Shown: positions 9,472-18,383 of the stretch, one piece after another
Layout: each line of letters opens with the position of its first letter
Numbering within the stretch: position 1 is the first letter of the stretch
Assembly: GCA_965226495.1 (NCBI GenBank)
Contig: OZ245365.1
Location: 864,001-928,000, forward strand
Reading direction: 5' to 3'
Length of the DNA: 64,000 nt
Source of the DNA: Candidatus Marinacidobacterales bacterium
Lineage (GTDB): Bacteria > Acidobacteriota > Vicinamibacteria > Marinacidobacterales > DATDRI01
The notes under the pieces: model-generated
Seen by the model: only the letters and a program-made list of their open reading frames with translations
Told to the model about the DNA's origin: nothing
The model's database searches: none
Made by a program: the position numbers and the translations under genes

Positions 9472-9942
9472 ATGTCTGAGCGAGTCATCGAGCTCGATCT
9501 CGGGTGTCGACCGGAGCCGGCTGTTTCCGGTGCCGTGCTGGTGTCCTCCGAGTACTCGACGTTTTTGACGTTCAACGCCGTTAGACTTAACGAAGATGGG
9601 CCGGGCCTCGTGAGCTTAGGGCACGCCGTCGTCGAGTTCCACCATTGTTCCATCACGAAGTTTGGTTATCCAAACGACGAGGCACGCTGGGGCATACCGC
9701 GCTACCAAGTGACGTCGTACGGAATCTACGAGGTTAAGAACTCGGAGTGGATTCCCGAGATCGTTCGACTGAATCGGTATCGCTTTCCGGATACGCCCGA
9801 GGACACGAGCACGCGGCACTTTCTTTTCGCGTTTCACGACAGCACGTTCGAGTGCCTGGCGGGGGACATGAAGCTCGAGCTGACCACCGAGCCCTACGAG
9901 CAAGTCTTCGCGCGGATTTCCGCGCGGTTGTTGTCGGAGTGA
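9472..9942 (+). CDS. Conserved hypothetical protein
   Basis: RBS GAGGAG, protein-like composition, motifs FGYPNDEA, YEVKNSEW and HFLFAFHDSTFEC. No function recognised. Confidence 0.7.
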   Translation: MSERVIELDLGCRPEPAVSGAVLVSSEYSTFLTFNAVRLNEDGPGLVSLGHAVVEFHHCSITKFGYPNDEARWGIPRYQVTSYGIYEVKNSEWIPEIVRLNRYRFPDTPEDTSTRHFLFAFHDSTFECLAGDMKLELTTEPYEQVFARISARLLSE

Positions 9943-9946
9943 GCTG

Positions 9947-10771
9947 GTGACTGGTTCCGAAAAGGATCTTTCGTTTCATGCCTTCGAGCGCGAAGCGTGG
10001 GAGAGAGTCGTTTCCGTTTACCACACGGGTTTCGGGGAGCTCACATCTCAGACCATCGAGCCACTCCTCGACGCGGCAGAGGTAAGAGCGGGTGTCCAAG
10101 TGCTCGACGTCGCTTCCGGGCCGGGGTACGTGGCGGCGGCGGCCGCGGCGCGGGGTGCCCACGTCATCGGTGTCGATTTTTCGAATGCGATGGTGAAGGA
10201 GGCGAGAAGGCGATACCCGGATGTGGAGTATCAGGCGGGGGACGCCGAAGAGCTTTCTTTCCCCGCCGCTCGGTTCGACTCAGTGGTCATGAATTTCGGT
10301 TTGCTCCACCTCGAGAGACCGGAACGGGCCCTTTCTGAGGTGCATCGAGTGCTTCGCCCGAAGGGACGAGTCGCGTTCACGGTCTGGGACGATCCAAGCG
10401 TGGCCGTCGGCTTCAAGATCGTTCTCGATGCCGTCGAAAAGTGGGGGGATATGAATGTGCCGCTTCCTCCCGGGCCCCCCTTTTTTCGCTACCGCGATCC
10501 TGCGGAGGCCACGAAGGCGCTACGTGAAGCGGAGTTCGAGAATCCGGACCGGCTCGAGCTCCGACTCGTTTGGCGGGTCCCCACACCGGAAGCTCCCTTT
10601 GAATTCATGCTGGGAGGAACCGCACGAACCGGCGGGCTTCTTCGGGCCCAGACCCCGGAAGCTCTCGAAGCCATTCGCCAGGCTGTGCGCGAAGGAACCT
10701 CGTCCTACCAAGTGCGTGGCACCTGGGAGATCCCGATGCAAGCGGTCGTGTACTCGGCCGTTAAGCCATAG
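9947..10771 (+). CDS. Class I SAM-dependent methyltransferase
   Basis: VLDVASGPG, GVDFSNAM, GDAEELSF and RVLRPKG motifs. Confidence 0.88.
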   Translation: MTGSEKDLSFHAFEREAWERVVSVYHTGFGELTSQTIEPLLDAAEVRAGVQVLDVASGPGYVAAAAAARGAHVIGVDFSNAMVKEARRRYPDVEYQAGDAEELSFPAARFDSVVMNFGLLHLERPERALSEVHRVLRPKGRVAFTVWDDPSVAVGFKIVLDAVEKWGDMNVPLPPGPPFFRYRDPAEATKALREAEFENPDRLELRLVWRVPTPEAPFEFMLGGTARTGGLLRAQTPEALEAIRQAVREGTSSYQVRGTWEIPMQAVVYSAVKP

Positions 10772-10939
10772 GTGCCGAACGAGTTCGCCTTCGGCCCGCC
10801 CTTGGGAAATCCATCGACTGGGTGGTTTATCCTACATCTTCCCTGGGGGGAAAACCCATCACATGCGCTCACTTCAATTCCCCGGCGGCTAGGGTATAAC
10901 CATAAGGCAGAGCAGTAACTGCGGAGGTTTGTCGAGCCC

Positions 10940-11011
10940 ATGCAAGAGATTTTCGCGATTGCCTTTTTCGGCCTGGCTGCCGTGATCTACCTGGTGCAGG
11001 TCAGCCGTTAG
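10940..11011 (+). CDS. Putative 23-aa single-pass membrane peptide (below ORF-track cutoff)
   Basis: ATG CAA GAG...CGT TAG = MQEIFAIAFFGLAAVIYLVQVSR. GGAGG at 10923-10927. Its TAG overlaps the AGGAG RBS of the bactofilin gene. Confidence 0.5.
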   Translation: MQEIFAIAFFGLAAVIYLVQVSR

Positions 11012-11021
11012 GAGAAAAGAC

Positions 11022-11558
11022 ATGTGGAAGAAGAACGAAGCGAGGACGTATACTCCTCAGACCCCGACTCCGGCTCCGGCTCCGGTGAACCAGCCGGAAC
11101 GGAGCAAGAAGGAGCTGTCCATCATCGGCCCGTCGATTACGGTCAAGGGTGAGCTCTTCGGCAAAGAGGATCTCGAGGTCCAGGGAAAGGTTGAGGGTAC
11201 TATCTCGCTCAAGAAGCACAGCGTCTCGGTCGGTGAGAACGGTCGTGTCAAAGCCGACATTCATGCGAAGAGCATCCAGATTGGCGGAGACGTAAAGGGG
11301 AACCTTTTCGGCGACGATGAGGTCGTGATTTCGCGGTCCGGCCGTGTGGAAGGGGACATCAAGGCCTCTCGGGTGACACTGGAGAACGGGTCCAAGTTCA
11401 AGGGAAGTATCGACATGGAGCCCAAGTCGGAAGACAAGGAACGCGACAAGGAGCGTACGACGGACGACGACGTATCCAAGTCGGCGAAATCTCCAGACAA
11501 CGGCGGCTTCGCCAGGCAGGGCTCGTCGCTGCGCAGCGGGAGCTCCGCCCCGGCGTAA
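11022..11558 (+). CDS. Bactofilin (polymer-forming cytoskeletal protein)
   Basis: SIIGPSITVKGEL...DLEVQGKVEGTI...GRVEGDI...GSKFKGSIDM beta-helix repeats; N-terminal MWKK membrane-targeting-like motif. Confidence 0.92.
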   Translation: MWKKNEARTYTPQTPTPAPAPVNQPERSKKELSIIGPSITVKGELFGKEDLEVQGKVEGTISLKKHSVSVGENGRVKADIHAKSIQIGGDVKGNLFGDDEVVISRSGRVEGDIKASRVTLENGSKFKGSIDMEPKSEDKERDKERTTDDDVSKSAKSPDNGGFARQGSSLRSGSSAPA

Positions 11559-11567
11559 GGACGTCTA

Positions 11568-12233
11568 ATGTTGCAGCTCACTTCACCCTGGACAAAAGAA
11601 CGTTACTGGAACCAAACACCTGCCGCGGATAACGGCGAGTATCATTCACTCGCCTTTCCCGGCGTGGTGGAAAAGTTCGCCGAGGATCAGAAGTATCAGA
11701 TCCTCGATCTCGGGCGGGCGCACGGTCCCAACGTCGAGTTTTTCTCGCAATTCTCGTGCACGTACTACGTCGCCGACCTTTACCGCGCGCTGCAGTCCTA
11801 TACCCTGGCGCCTGCCGAAGAAGATGACGACGGGTCCCGGCTCTCCCAAATCTTCGAGGAGTTGCTTCCCTACACCGAAGACACGCGTTTCGATCTCATC
11901 TTGGCGTGGGATCTCCTGAACTACCTACGGCCCGAGCAGATCGAGGCGATGAGTCGTCGCCTCGCGAGTTTCTCGAAGGAAGGGACCACCATCTTCGCCA
12001 TGATCGCCATCCACCAATCGATCCCGGCGCGGCCGTGCGGTTTCAAGATCGTGGACGCGGCGTCTTTCGACTACGATTCGACAACGGACCGACCTCGGCC
12101 CTCTCCTCGCCACAAGGAGCCCGACCTTTGTCGGCTGATGCCCGGCTTCGAGGTGGAAAACACGTTCTTACTGCGAAACGGGCTACAGGAGTACGTGTTC
12201 ATTTTCAATCCCGACCTTCCCTCCGAAGGGTAA
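11568..12233 (+). CDS. SAM-dependent methyltransferase-like protein
   Basis: ILDLG and FDLILAWDLLNYL motifs; lies 9 bp after the bactofilin gene. Confidence 0.65.
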   Translation: MLQLTSPWTKERYWNQTPAADNGEYHSLAFPGVVEKFAEDQKYQILDLGRAHGPNVEFFSQFSCTYYVADLYRALQSYTLAPAEEDDDGSRLSQIFEELLPYTEDTRFDLILAWDLLNYLRPEQIEAMSRRLASFSKEGTTIFAMIAIHQSIPARPCGFKIVDAASFDYDSTTDRPRPSPRHKEPDLCRLMPGFEVENTFLLRNGLQEYVFIFNPDLPSEG

Positions 12234-12281
12234 GCCGCCCGATAGATCGTCCCAGGTCTCGCGGTATACTCGGGCCGAACG

Positions 12282-12944
12282 ATGGTGCCGCGAGTCAAAA
12301 TCTGTTGTATCGCGAGCGAAGCCGAAGCCGCTCTAGCGGTTCGTCTCGGGGCGTCCGCGCTGGGACTGGTCTCGGAAATGCCGAGCGGGCCCGGGGTCAT
12401 CGCCGAAGCGACGATCCGCCAGATCGCCAAGGGCGTTCCACCTGGCGTCTCTTCGTTCCTTCTGACCAGCCGTCAAGACGTTGACTCCATCGTCGCCCAG
12501 CAGAAACAGACGGGTGTGAGCACGATCCAGCTCGTCGACGAGCTTCCTCCCGGCTTGCATGAACAGCTTCGTAAAGCGCTGCCCGGGATTCGAGTCGTCC
12601 AAGTGATTCACGTTATGGACGAGGGCTCGGTGGAGGAGGCGACCTCCGTTGCTCCCCATGTCGATGCGCTTCTTCTGGATTCTGGAAATCCCAGGCTCGC
12701 CGTGAAAGAGCTTGGAGGTACCGGTCGAACGCATGACTGGACCCTCAGCCGGAAGATTCGTGACGCCGTGCCGAATCCGGTTTTTCTGGCCGGTGGCCTC
12801 ACCGCAGCCAACGTACGCGACGCGATTGAGGAAGTTGCTCCCTTCGGGGTCGACGTCTGCAGTGGCGTGCGCACCGACGACAAACTGGACGAAACAAAGA
12901 CCGAGGATTTCATTCACGCGGTACGCCAGGGGTTCGTAAAGTGA
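12282..12944 (+). CDS. trpF: Phosphoribosylanthranilate isomerase
   Basis: VKICCI, ALLLDS, GGTGRTHDW, LAGGL and GVDVCSGV motifs. Confidence 0.85.
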   Translation: MVPRVKICCIASEAEAALAVRLGASALGLVSEMPSGPGVIAEATIRQIAKGVPPGVSSFLLTSRQDVDSIVAQQKQTGVSTIQLVDELPPGLHEQLRKALPGIRVVQVIHVMDEGSVEEATSVAPHVDALLLDSGNPRLAVKELGGTGRTHDWTLSRKIRDAVPNPVFLAGGLTAANVRDAIEEVAPFGVDVCSGVRTDDKLDETKTEDFIHAVRQGFVK

Positions 12945-13342
12945 TCGACGGGATCGTCAAGTTCAATCGGGCCGTCTTCAAGATGCCCCTCGAGTGGCGT
13001 ATGTGGCTGATGTTGTTGATGGCGGTGAACCTGATCGTGCCGTTTTTCTTTATCGACCGGATCGAAGCCCGGGTGGTTCTAGTCACCATGATCCTCAGCG
13101 CCGCGCTCATGATGGCGCTGACCGGCAAGTTCGGGTTCGCGCGGATCCTGGGGTTAGGACACGTCCTATGGATCCCCTTGATCTTCTACCTATGGACGAG
13201 ACTCGGACAGCATGGGCCGGATGAGCCGTTCGGTATTTGGATTCGGTTTTTGATGGTAGTCAACGCGGTTTCGGTGGTCATCGACGTCGTCGATGTCGTC
13301 CGCTACGTGAGGGGCGACCGTGCAGAGACGGTCAAGGTGTAG
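12941..13342 (+). CDS. Hypothetical membrane protein
   Basis: About four hydrophobic segments; GTGA overlap with the trpF stop. Confidence 0.7.
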   Translation: MIDGIVKFNRAVFKMPLEWRMWLMLLMAVNLIVPFFFIDRIEARVVLVTMILSAALMMALTGKFGFARILGLGHVLWIPLIFYLWTRLGQHGPDEPFGIWIRFLMVVNAVSVVIDVVDVVRYVRGDRAETVKV

Positions 13343-13352
13343 CCTCGACAGG

Positions 13353-13796
13353 CTAGCTCGGGAGCTCCGGGAAGGCGTAATGCTTCAGTAGGTCTCTTTC
13401 CTCCCTCATTTCATCGAAGAACGCGCGAGTGAGGTCGGATTGAGTCACCATACCCAAGTAGTTATTTCCGTCCAGCACCAGGAGGTGTCGGGTCTCGTGA
13501 TCCTTCATCCGCTCCGCCGCCACCAGACATCTCTCTTCCGGACGCGCGGTCACCAGATCGGGGCTCATCACTTCCCTCACGGATGTGGATTTGGGATTGA
13601 CCCCTTTAGCCACGACCCGATTGAGTAGGTCGCGCTCCGAGAAGACTCCACAGCAACTCCCGTCGTCTTCTTGGACGGCAACCGCTCCGACTTTGTGGTC
13701 GGTCATGTATTCGCATACCTTTCCGACCGAATCGCTTGCCAGCGCGAAGTAATAGTCTGACCGCCCTTCGATAATCTCGCCAATCGTTTTTCCCAC
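13353..13796 (-). CDS. CBS-domain protein
   Basis: VGAVAV...GVFSERDL, VREVMS and RHLLV...GMVTQSDL (CBS pair). GTG start at 13796 after AGGGG. Confidence 0.85.
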   Translation of the reverse strand: MGKTIGEIIEGRSDYYFALASDSVGKVCEYMTDHKVGAVAVQEDDGSCCGVFSERDLLNRVVAKGVNPKSTSVREVMSPDLVTARPEERCLVAAERMKDHETRHLLVLDGNNYLGMVTQSDLTRAFFDEMREERDLLKHYAFPELPS

Positions 13797-13806
13797 GATT
13801 GCACCC

Positions 13807-14001
13807 CTATGAAGCTTTGCTTTCCTTGCGCACCGGGCAGGTTTCACAGGACAAGGAATCGCCGTCGGGACCGACGGCCGCTTCTCCTCCACAAGAGCCG
13901 CGGAGGCAGCGGCCGCTGAAAAGCACTCCTACCGCCATGACCAGCATCGCCAGGCTGATGATCAGAACGGTGATAAGGAAGACGCCCATAGCTAAGTCCA
14001 T
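13807..14001 (-). CDS. nqrM: NqrM-like (DUF539) small membrane protein
   Basis: TM helix ending MAVGVLF, then RCLRGSCGG and CETC, matching the NqrM GSCGG/Cys pattern. Alternative start at 13989. Confidence 0.65.
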   Translation of the reverse strand: MDLAMGVFLITVLIISLAMLVMAVGVLFSGRCLRGSCGGEAAVGPDGDSLSCETCPVRKESKAS

Positions 14002-14107
14002 TTTACCGACTTTCCGCGGAAACTGCCGACCTCCAACTGGGGGAGGAAAGGATTCCTACTTTGACCGGGTAGACCGGTACTGTTACATTCCTGGCGGGAG
14101 ATCGGCG

Positions 14108-16702
14108 ATGGAATTCACGACCATTGGGCCATACCGCGTTCTTCAAAGGTTGGGGAGTGGCGGTATGGGTGAGGTCTATCTTGCCGAGGACACTCGGCTC
14201 CATCGCCGAGTTGCTCTCAAGCGTCTCACCGGTTCACGCCTCACGACCCCGGAGGCACGAAACCAGCTCCTTCGCGAGGCGCGAGCGGCCGCCATTTTGA
14301 ATCATCCCAACATTGCTGTCGTCTACGACGTGATAGACGACGGTAACCAGTCCATTATCGTCATGGAATACGTGGCGGGGGAGACGCTGGCACAACTAGT
14401 GCGTCGCGGTCGACTTTCTCCCCATCAAGTCATCGACATCGGCATCCAACTCGCTAGCGCGCTGGCAGAAGCGCACGAGCACGAGATCATTCATCGGGAT
14501 CTCAAGCCGGCGAACATCCTGCTGACGCCTGACGGTAAGGCTAAGATTCTGGATTTCGGCCTCGCCAAGGCTCCCCCTACGCCGGATGCCTCGGCAACCA
14601 CCGACGGACGGGTCGTCGGAACACCCGCCTATATGGCGCCGGAACAAATGCTGGGCTACCGGGCCGACCACCGCGCCGACCTCTTCAGCTTGGGAGTCGT
14701 CTTGTTCCAGCTCCTAACCGGCCGCTGGCCCTTCGAGGACCGGGATTCGCAGGCTTTGACCCTTGCGGAAATGAAAGAGCACACTCCCCGGGCCGCGGAA
14801 TTCGACGCGAATATCCCGCTGGAGCTCAGCGCGGTCGTTTTCCGATCGATGTCTCCGGAACCTGGGCAGCGTCAACAGTCCGCGAGGGAGCTTGGAGAGG
14901 AGCTCGAGAGACTAGCGGGCGCGCTTCCCGAGCAACCGACTTTGGGCCGTTTCACTTCCAGTATGGAACCGCTTCCGGGAATCAAGAAGTCTCGATCGCG
15001 AACGGCCGTACCCTACCGCAAGGTCGCGGTGGTTGCCGGCCTATTAAGCGCGGCAGTGGCGGTGTGGTTGCTAGTGGCGGGGAAGATACCGACGCACGAT
15101 CCTGGGGGCGATGGACCTCCGGTGATTGCGGTGCTCCCTTTGGCTAACGTTAGCGGAGATCCGACGATCGAGCACGTTGGGGTTGGGATCGCGCACACGC
15201 TCATCACCAAGCTGTCGGCCATACCGTCGGTCACGATGATCTCCAGGTCCGCTACACTCGAGTACAGTGGACAGAGCCAGGACACACGAAAGGTCGCCAA
15301 AGATCTCGGCGCCTCCTTTGTCGTGAACGGCTCGGTGCAGCGTTTGGATGACTTGCTTCACATCACCGTCAACCTCGTTCGCTCTGACGATTCGGTGGTT
15401 TGGGGCGGGGAGTACGACGGAAAACTGAGCGAGCTCTTCGAGCTTCAGCGGAAGCTAGCCAGTGGAATCACTCGGGCACTTCATCTAAACCTGACGCCCG
15501 CCGAGGCGCGACGGTTCGAGGCCCCTCCCACGTCGAACATAGACGCCTTTGCAGAGTTTTCTCAGGGCCGTGATTTCCTGGACCGGCCCCACGATCCCGA
15601 TAACCTCGATCGGGCCGTTGCACTTTTCGAGAGCGCTCTGGCTAAGGATCCCAACTTCGTCCAAGCGCATGCCGCATTGGGGGAGGCCTATTGGGCTCGA
15701 TTCGAACGGACGACCGACTCACGCTGGACGGACAAGGCTCGTATCGCCGCCGAAGAGGCGCGTCGCTTGGACCCCGATCATCCCTCGGTGACTTATACTT
15801 TGGCAGTCATCTACGAGGGCTCGGGGAGAACTGATGAAGCGGTGGAGGAGCTTCGCCGAACCCTCACCCTGCAGCCCAACAGCGACGATTCGTACCGGTT
15901 GCTCGGAGAGATTCTTGCCGAGAGTGGCCGAATCGACGATGCCGCAGAGGAGTTTCGTCGAGCCATCGCGATCCGACCCAGCTTCTGGGGACACTATTAC
16001 TCGCTTGGCCGCGCGTACTTCAATGCTGGAAAACTGGCAGATGCCGCGCTTGCCTTTCAACGCGTGACCGAGCTCCAGCCCGACTTGCCGGTTGGATTTC
16101 AAACACTCGGAGTCACCTATCACATGATGGGGGACCTCGATCGAGCGGTGCCGAATTACTTGAAGGCCATCGAGCAGGGGCCTGCCTGGGCGGCTCACTC
16201 CAACTTGGGGACGATCTACTATCGCCAAGGCAAGTTCTCGAAGGCGGCGCAGTCCTATGAGGAGGCGATAAAGCTGGATCCCAGCTCGTCGAATCACCAT
16301 CGCAATCTGGGAGACGCTTTCCAGAAATTGAATCGCCCGGAGGATGCCCGCAAGTCATACCTCACATCGGCGGAGCTCGATCGTAACCGGCTTGAAGTGA
16401 ATCCAAATGATGCGCGAGCGATGGAAATGCTTGCCGTCGTAGAAGCGAAACTGGGTCGAACCAGCGAGGCGTTACGTCTTGCCGCCGAAGCTGTCAAACT
16501 GGCACCCGAGGATGGCCAGGTGCTTTACAGCAAAGCCGTTGTGCACGCGCTGAACGGTCAGACAGAGGAAGCGATGGTCGCCTTGAGAGACGCGCTCGCT
16601 CATGGATACAGCCTCGCAGAAGTGCGTGAGGATGAGGATCTGGCCGCGCTCTGGGAGCTGCCAGCGTTCAAAGATCTGGTGGATGGCGAAACAACTGGTT
16701 AA
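14108..16702 (+). CDS. Ser/Thr protein kinase with TM helix, TolB-like domain and TPR repeats
   Basis: LGSGGMGEVY, VALK, HRDLKPANI, DFGLAK and GTPAYMAPEQ; TM VAVVAGLLSAAVAVWLLV; IAVLPLAN (TolB_N-like); many TPRs. ATG 14108 with GGGAG RBS. Confidence 0.92.
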   Translation: MEFTTIGPYRVLQRLGSGGMGEVYLAEDTRLHRRVALKRLTGSRLTTPEARNQLLREARAAAILNHPNIAVVYDVIDDGNQSIIVMEYVAGETLAQLVRRGRLSPHQVIDIGIQLASALAEAHEHEIIHRDLKPANILLTPDGKAKILDFGLAKAPPTPDASATTDGRVVGTPAYMAPEQMLGYRADHRADLFSLGVVLFQLLTGRWPFEDRDSQALTLAEMKEHTPRAAEFDANIPLELSAVVFRSMSPEPGQRQQSARELGEELERLAGALPEQPTLGRFTSSMEPLPGIKKSRSRTAVPYRKVAVVAGLLSAAVAVWLLVAGKIPTHDPGGDGPPVIAVLPLANVSGDPTIEHVGVGIAHTLITKLSAIPSVTMISRSATLEYSGQSQDTRKVAKDLGASFVVNGSVQRLDDLLHITVNLVRSDDSVVWGGEYDGKLSELFELQRKLASGITRALHLNLTPAEARRFEAPPTSNIDAFAEFSQGRDFLDRPHDPDNLDRAVALFESALAKDPNFVQAHAALGEAYWARFERTTDSRWTDKARIAAEEARRLDPDHPSVTYTLAVIYEGSGRTDEAVEELRRTLTLQPNSDDSYRLLGEILAESGRIDDAAEEFRRAIAIRPSFWGHYYSLGRAYFNAGKLADAALAFQRVTELQPDLPVGFQTLGVTYHMMGDLDRAVPNYLKAIEQGPAWAAHSNLGTIYYRQGKFSKAAQSYEEAIKLDPSSSNHHRNLGDAFQKLNRPEDARKSYLTSAELDRNRLEVNPNDARAMEMLAVVEAKLGRTSEALRLAAEAVKLAPEDGQVLYSKAVVHALNGQTEEAMVALRDALAHGYSLAEVREDEDLAALWELPAFKDLVDGETTG

Positions 16703-16720
16703 AGGAGGAGGGACCGCTCT

Positions 16721-17185
16721 ATGAAGATACTGAGGATTTTGAGGCTGATGGCAATCGTTTTCTGTGCAGGATTTGTCCTCGCGTGGGCTCCAGGATTACC
16801 GGCTCTGGTGCCGCCTCCACCGCTCGCCAAGATCACGCTGGAGGGTGGCAAGATCGAAATCGATAAGCGTGACGTGAGCACATCGAGAAGGCAGGCGGTG
16901 GTGTGGTGGATCGAAAACCACTACCCAGACGAGAAGGCAGTAGAACTGACCAACTTTCAAATTGGCACAACGTCGGGCGATGACTGCATAGACCTCAAGA
17001 GAATGAACCAACCTCCCCTTCGTGGACGACTGGAGGACCGGAAAGTAGAGGGGGCCGAAAATGGCGAGCCAGGGACGGGGATCATCGCGGTGGTGGTCAA
17101 GAAGAACGCCGATGAGACTTGCTACAAATATGACATCACCGCGACCGGGTTGCCCGATCTCGATCCTCGGCTGCATGTGCGGTGA
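16721..17185 (+). CDS. Exported hypothetical protein (probable beta-sandwich)
   Basis: Strong RBS AAGGAGG, signal peptide, beta-rich mature part with two Cys, ending YKYDIT...LDPRLHVR. Confidence 0.7.
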   Translation: MKILRILRLMAIVFCAGFVLAWAPGLPALVPPPPLAKITLEGGKIEIDKRDVSTSRRQAVVWWIENHYPDEKAVELTNFQIGTTSGDDCIDLKRMNQPPLRGRLEDRKVEGAENGEPGTGIIAVVVKKNADETCYKYDITATGLPDLDPRLHVR

Positions 17186-17225
17186 GTCAGGAAAGCTGGG
17201 CGGTACGACAGGGAGAGGAGCGGTT

Positions 17226-18293
17226 TCAGTGCAGTCCCGCGTCGAGGAGGCGTTGGAAAGCCGGGGTGGCTAGCTCTTGGAGCTCGCCTCCTTCTTCCTC
17301 GATCAGGAAGAGAGCAGCAATGTTCTGGTCCACGGCGAGGCTGTAACCCTCTGCCGGGCCGAGGACGAGGAGTCCCGTAGCCAAGGCATCGGCGCTGACG
17401 CCGAGCTCATGCACGACGCTCACTGAAGCCAAACGGTGCGTAATGGGCCGACCGGTTCGAGGATCGATGGTGTGGGAGAAGCGAGCGCCATCGACTTCGT
17501 AGGAGTTCCGGTAACCACCGGAGGTGGCCATGGCCAGGCCGCTCAAAGAGACGATGCTTTGAATGGCTCGCTTTCCAGCGACCGGCTGTTCGATAGCGAT
17601 GCGCCAAGCATTTCCAGTGGCGTTGGCGCCGCTCGTTCGAACTTCACCGCCGACTTCGACCATATAGTTAATGAACCCGCCACGGTCTAGACCCACGGCC
17701 ACGCGATCGACGCCATATCCCTTGGCGATGGCGGAAAGGTCACAATAAAGATCGGGCTGAGTCTTACGGAGGGTCGATCTGTTCTCATCGATTTCGAGCT
17801 TGTCATAGCCGGTTCGCTCGAGTGCTCGGGCGATCTCGGCATCCGAAGGCGGCGTCTCCGCATGCCCTTCGGGACCGAAGCCCCAGACGTTGACCAGTAG
17901 GCCAGCCGTGATGTCGAAAGCGCCTCCCGTCAGGGCGCTCACCTCTGCCGCATGACGAAATACTTCGAGCGTTGATTGAGAAACGACGAAGGGTGTCGTT
18001 TCCTGCGAGCGATTGAATTGCGAGAGCTCGGAATCCTCGAGATAGTGCGACATCTTGTCGTTGACGGCCCGGAGCTCGTCTTCGATCAAACCTTGGAGTC
18101 GGATCTGGTTGGCGTCGGTCAGACTCTCCGCCACGACCTTTACCGTAAAGGTCGTTCCCATGGTCGAGCCTTCGAAGGTGTAAGCGTTAGGGCCGTCCCC
18201 GGCGCGATGGCAGGCACCGGCCCCGACTAGCGTGGCGCAAACGCTGATGCCAACCAGTGCCGGTGTCCGTAAGTGAGCGCCCAGTGACCGCAT
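17226..18293 (-). CDS. apbE: FAD:protein FMN transferase lipoprotein
   Basis: TMGTTF, SELSQFN, GAFDIT, DLSAIAKGYGVD, EVGGEV, ATSGGY, SHTIDPRTG and ADALAT motifs; lipobox AGAC. Confidence 0.93.
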   Translation of the reverse strand: MRSLGAHLRTPALVGISVCATLVGAGACHRAGDGPNAYTFEGSTMGTTFTVKVVAESLTDANQIRLQGLIEDELRAVNDKMSHYLEDSELSQFNRSQETTPFVVSQSTLEVFRHAAEVSALTGGAFDITAGLLVNVWGFGPEGHAETPPSDAEIARALERTGYDKLEIDENRSTLRKTQPDLYCDLSAIAKGYGVDRVAVGLDRGGFINYMVEVGGEVRTSGANATGNAWRIAIEQPVAGKRAIQSIVSLSGLAMATSGGYRNSYEVDGARFSHTIDPRTGRPITHRLASVSVVHELGVSADALATGLLVLGPAEGYSLAVDQNIAALFLIEEEGGELQELATPAFQRLLDAGLH

Positions 18294-18383
18294 ATAGTGT
18301 TCAGATTACCTCAACTCCTGAGTTCCGACAGCGTTCGCGGCTGTGCTAGACTCCGCGCCGTGCCTCTTTCTGGGAGGAGATGA

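Noticed and set aside
13799-14107. 103-aa N-terminal extension of the kinase in the ORF track
   Set aside because: It overlaps the nqrM-like gene on the other strand, and ATG 14108 has an RBS and starts right at the kinase domain.
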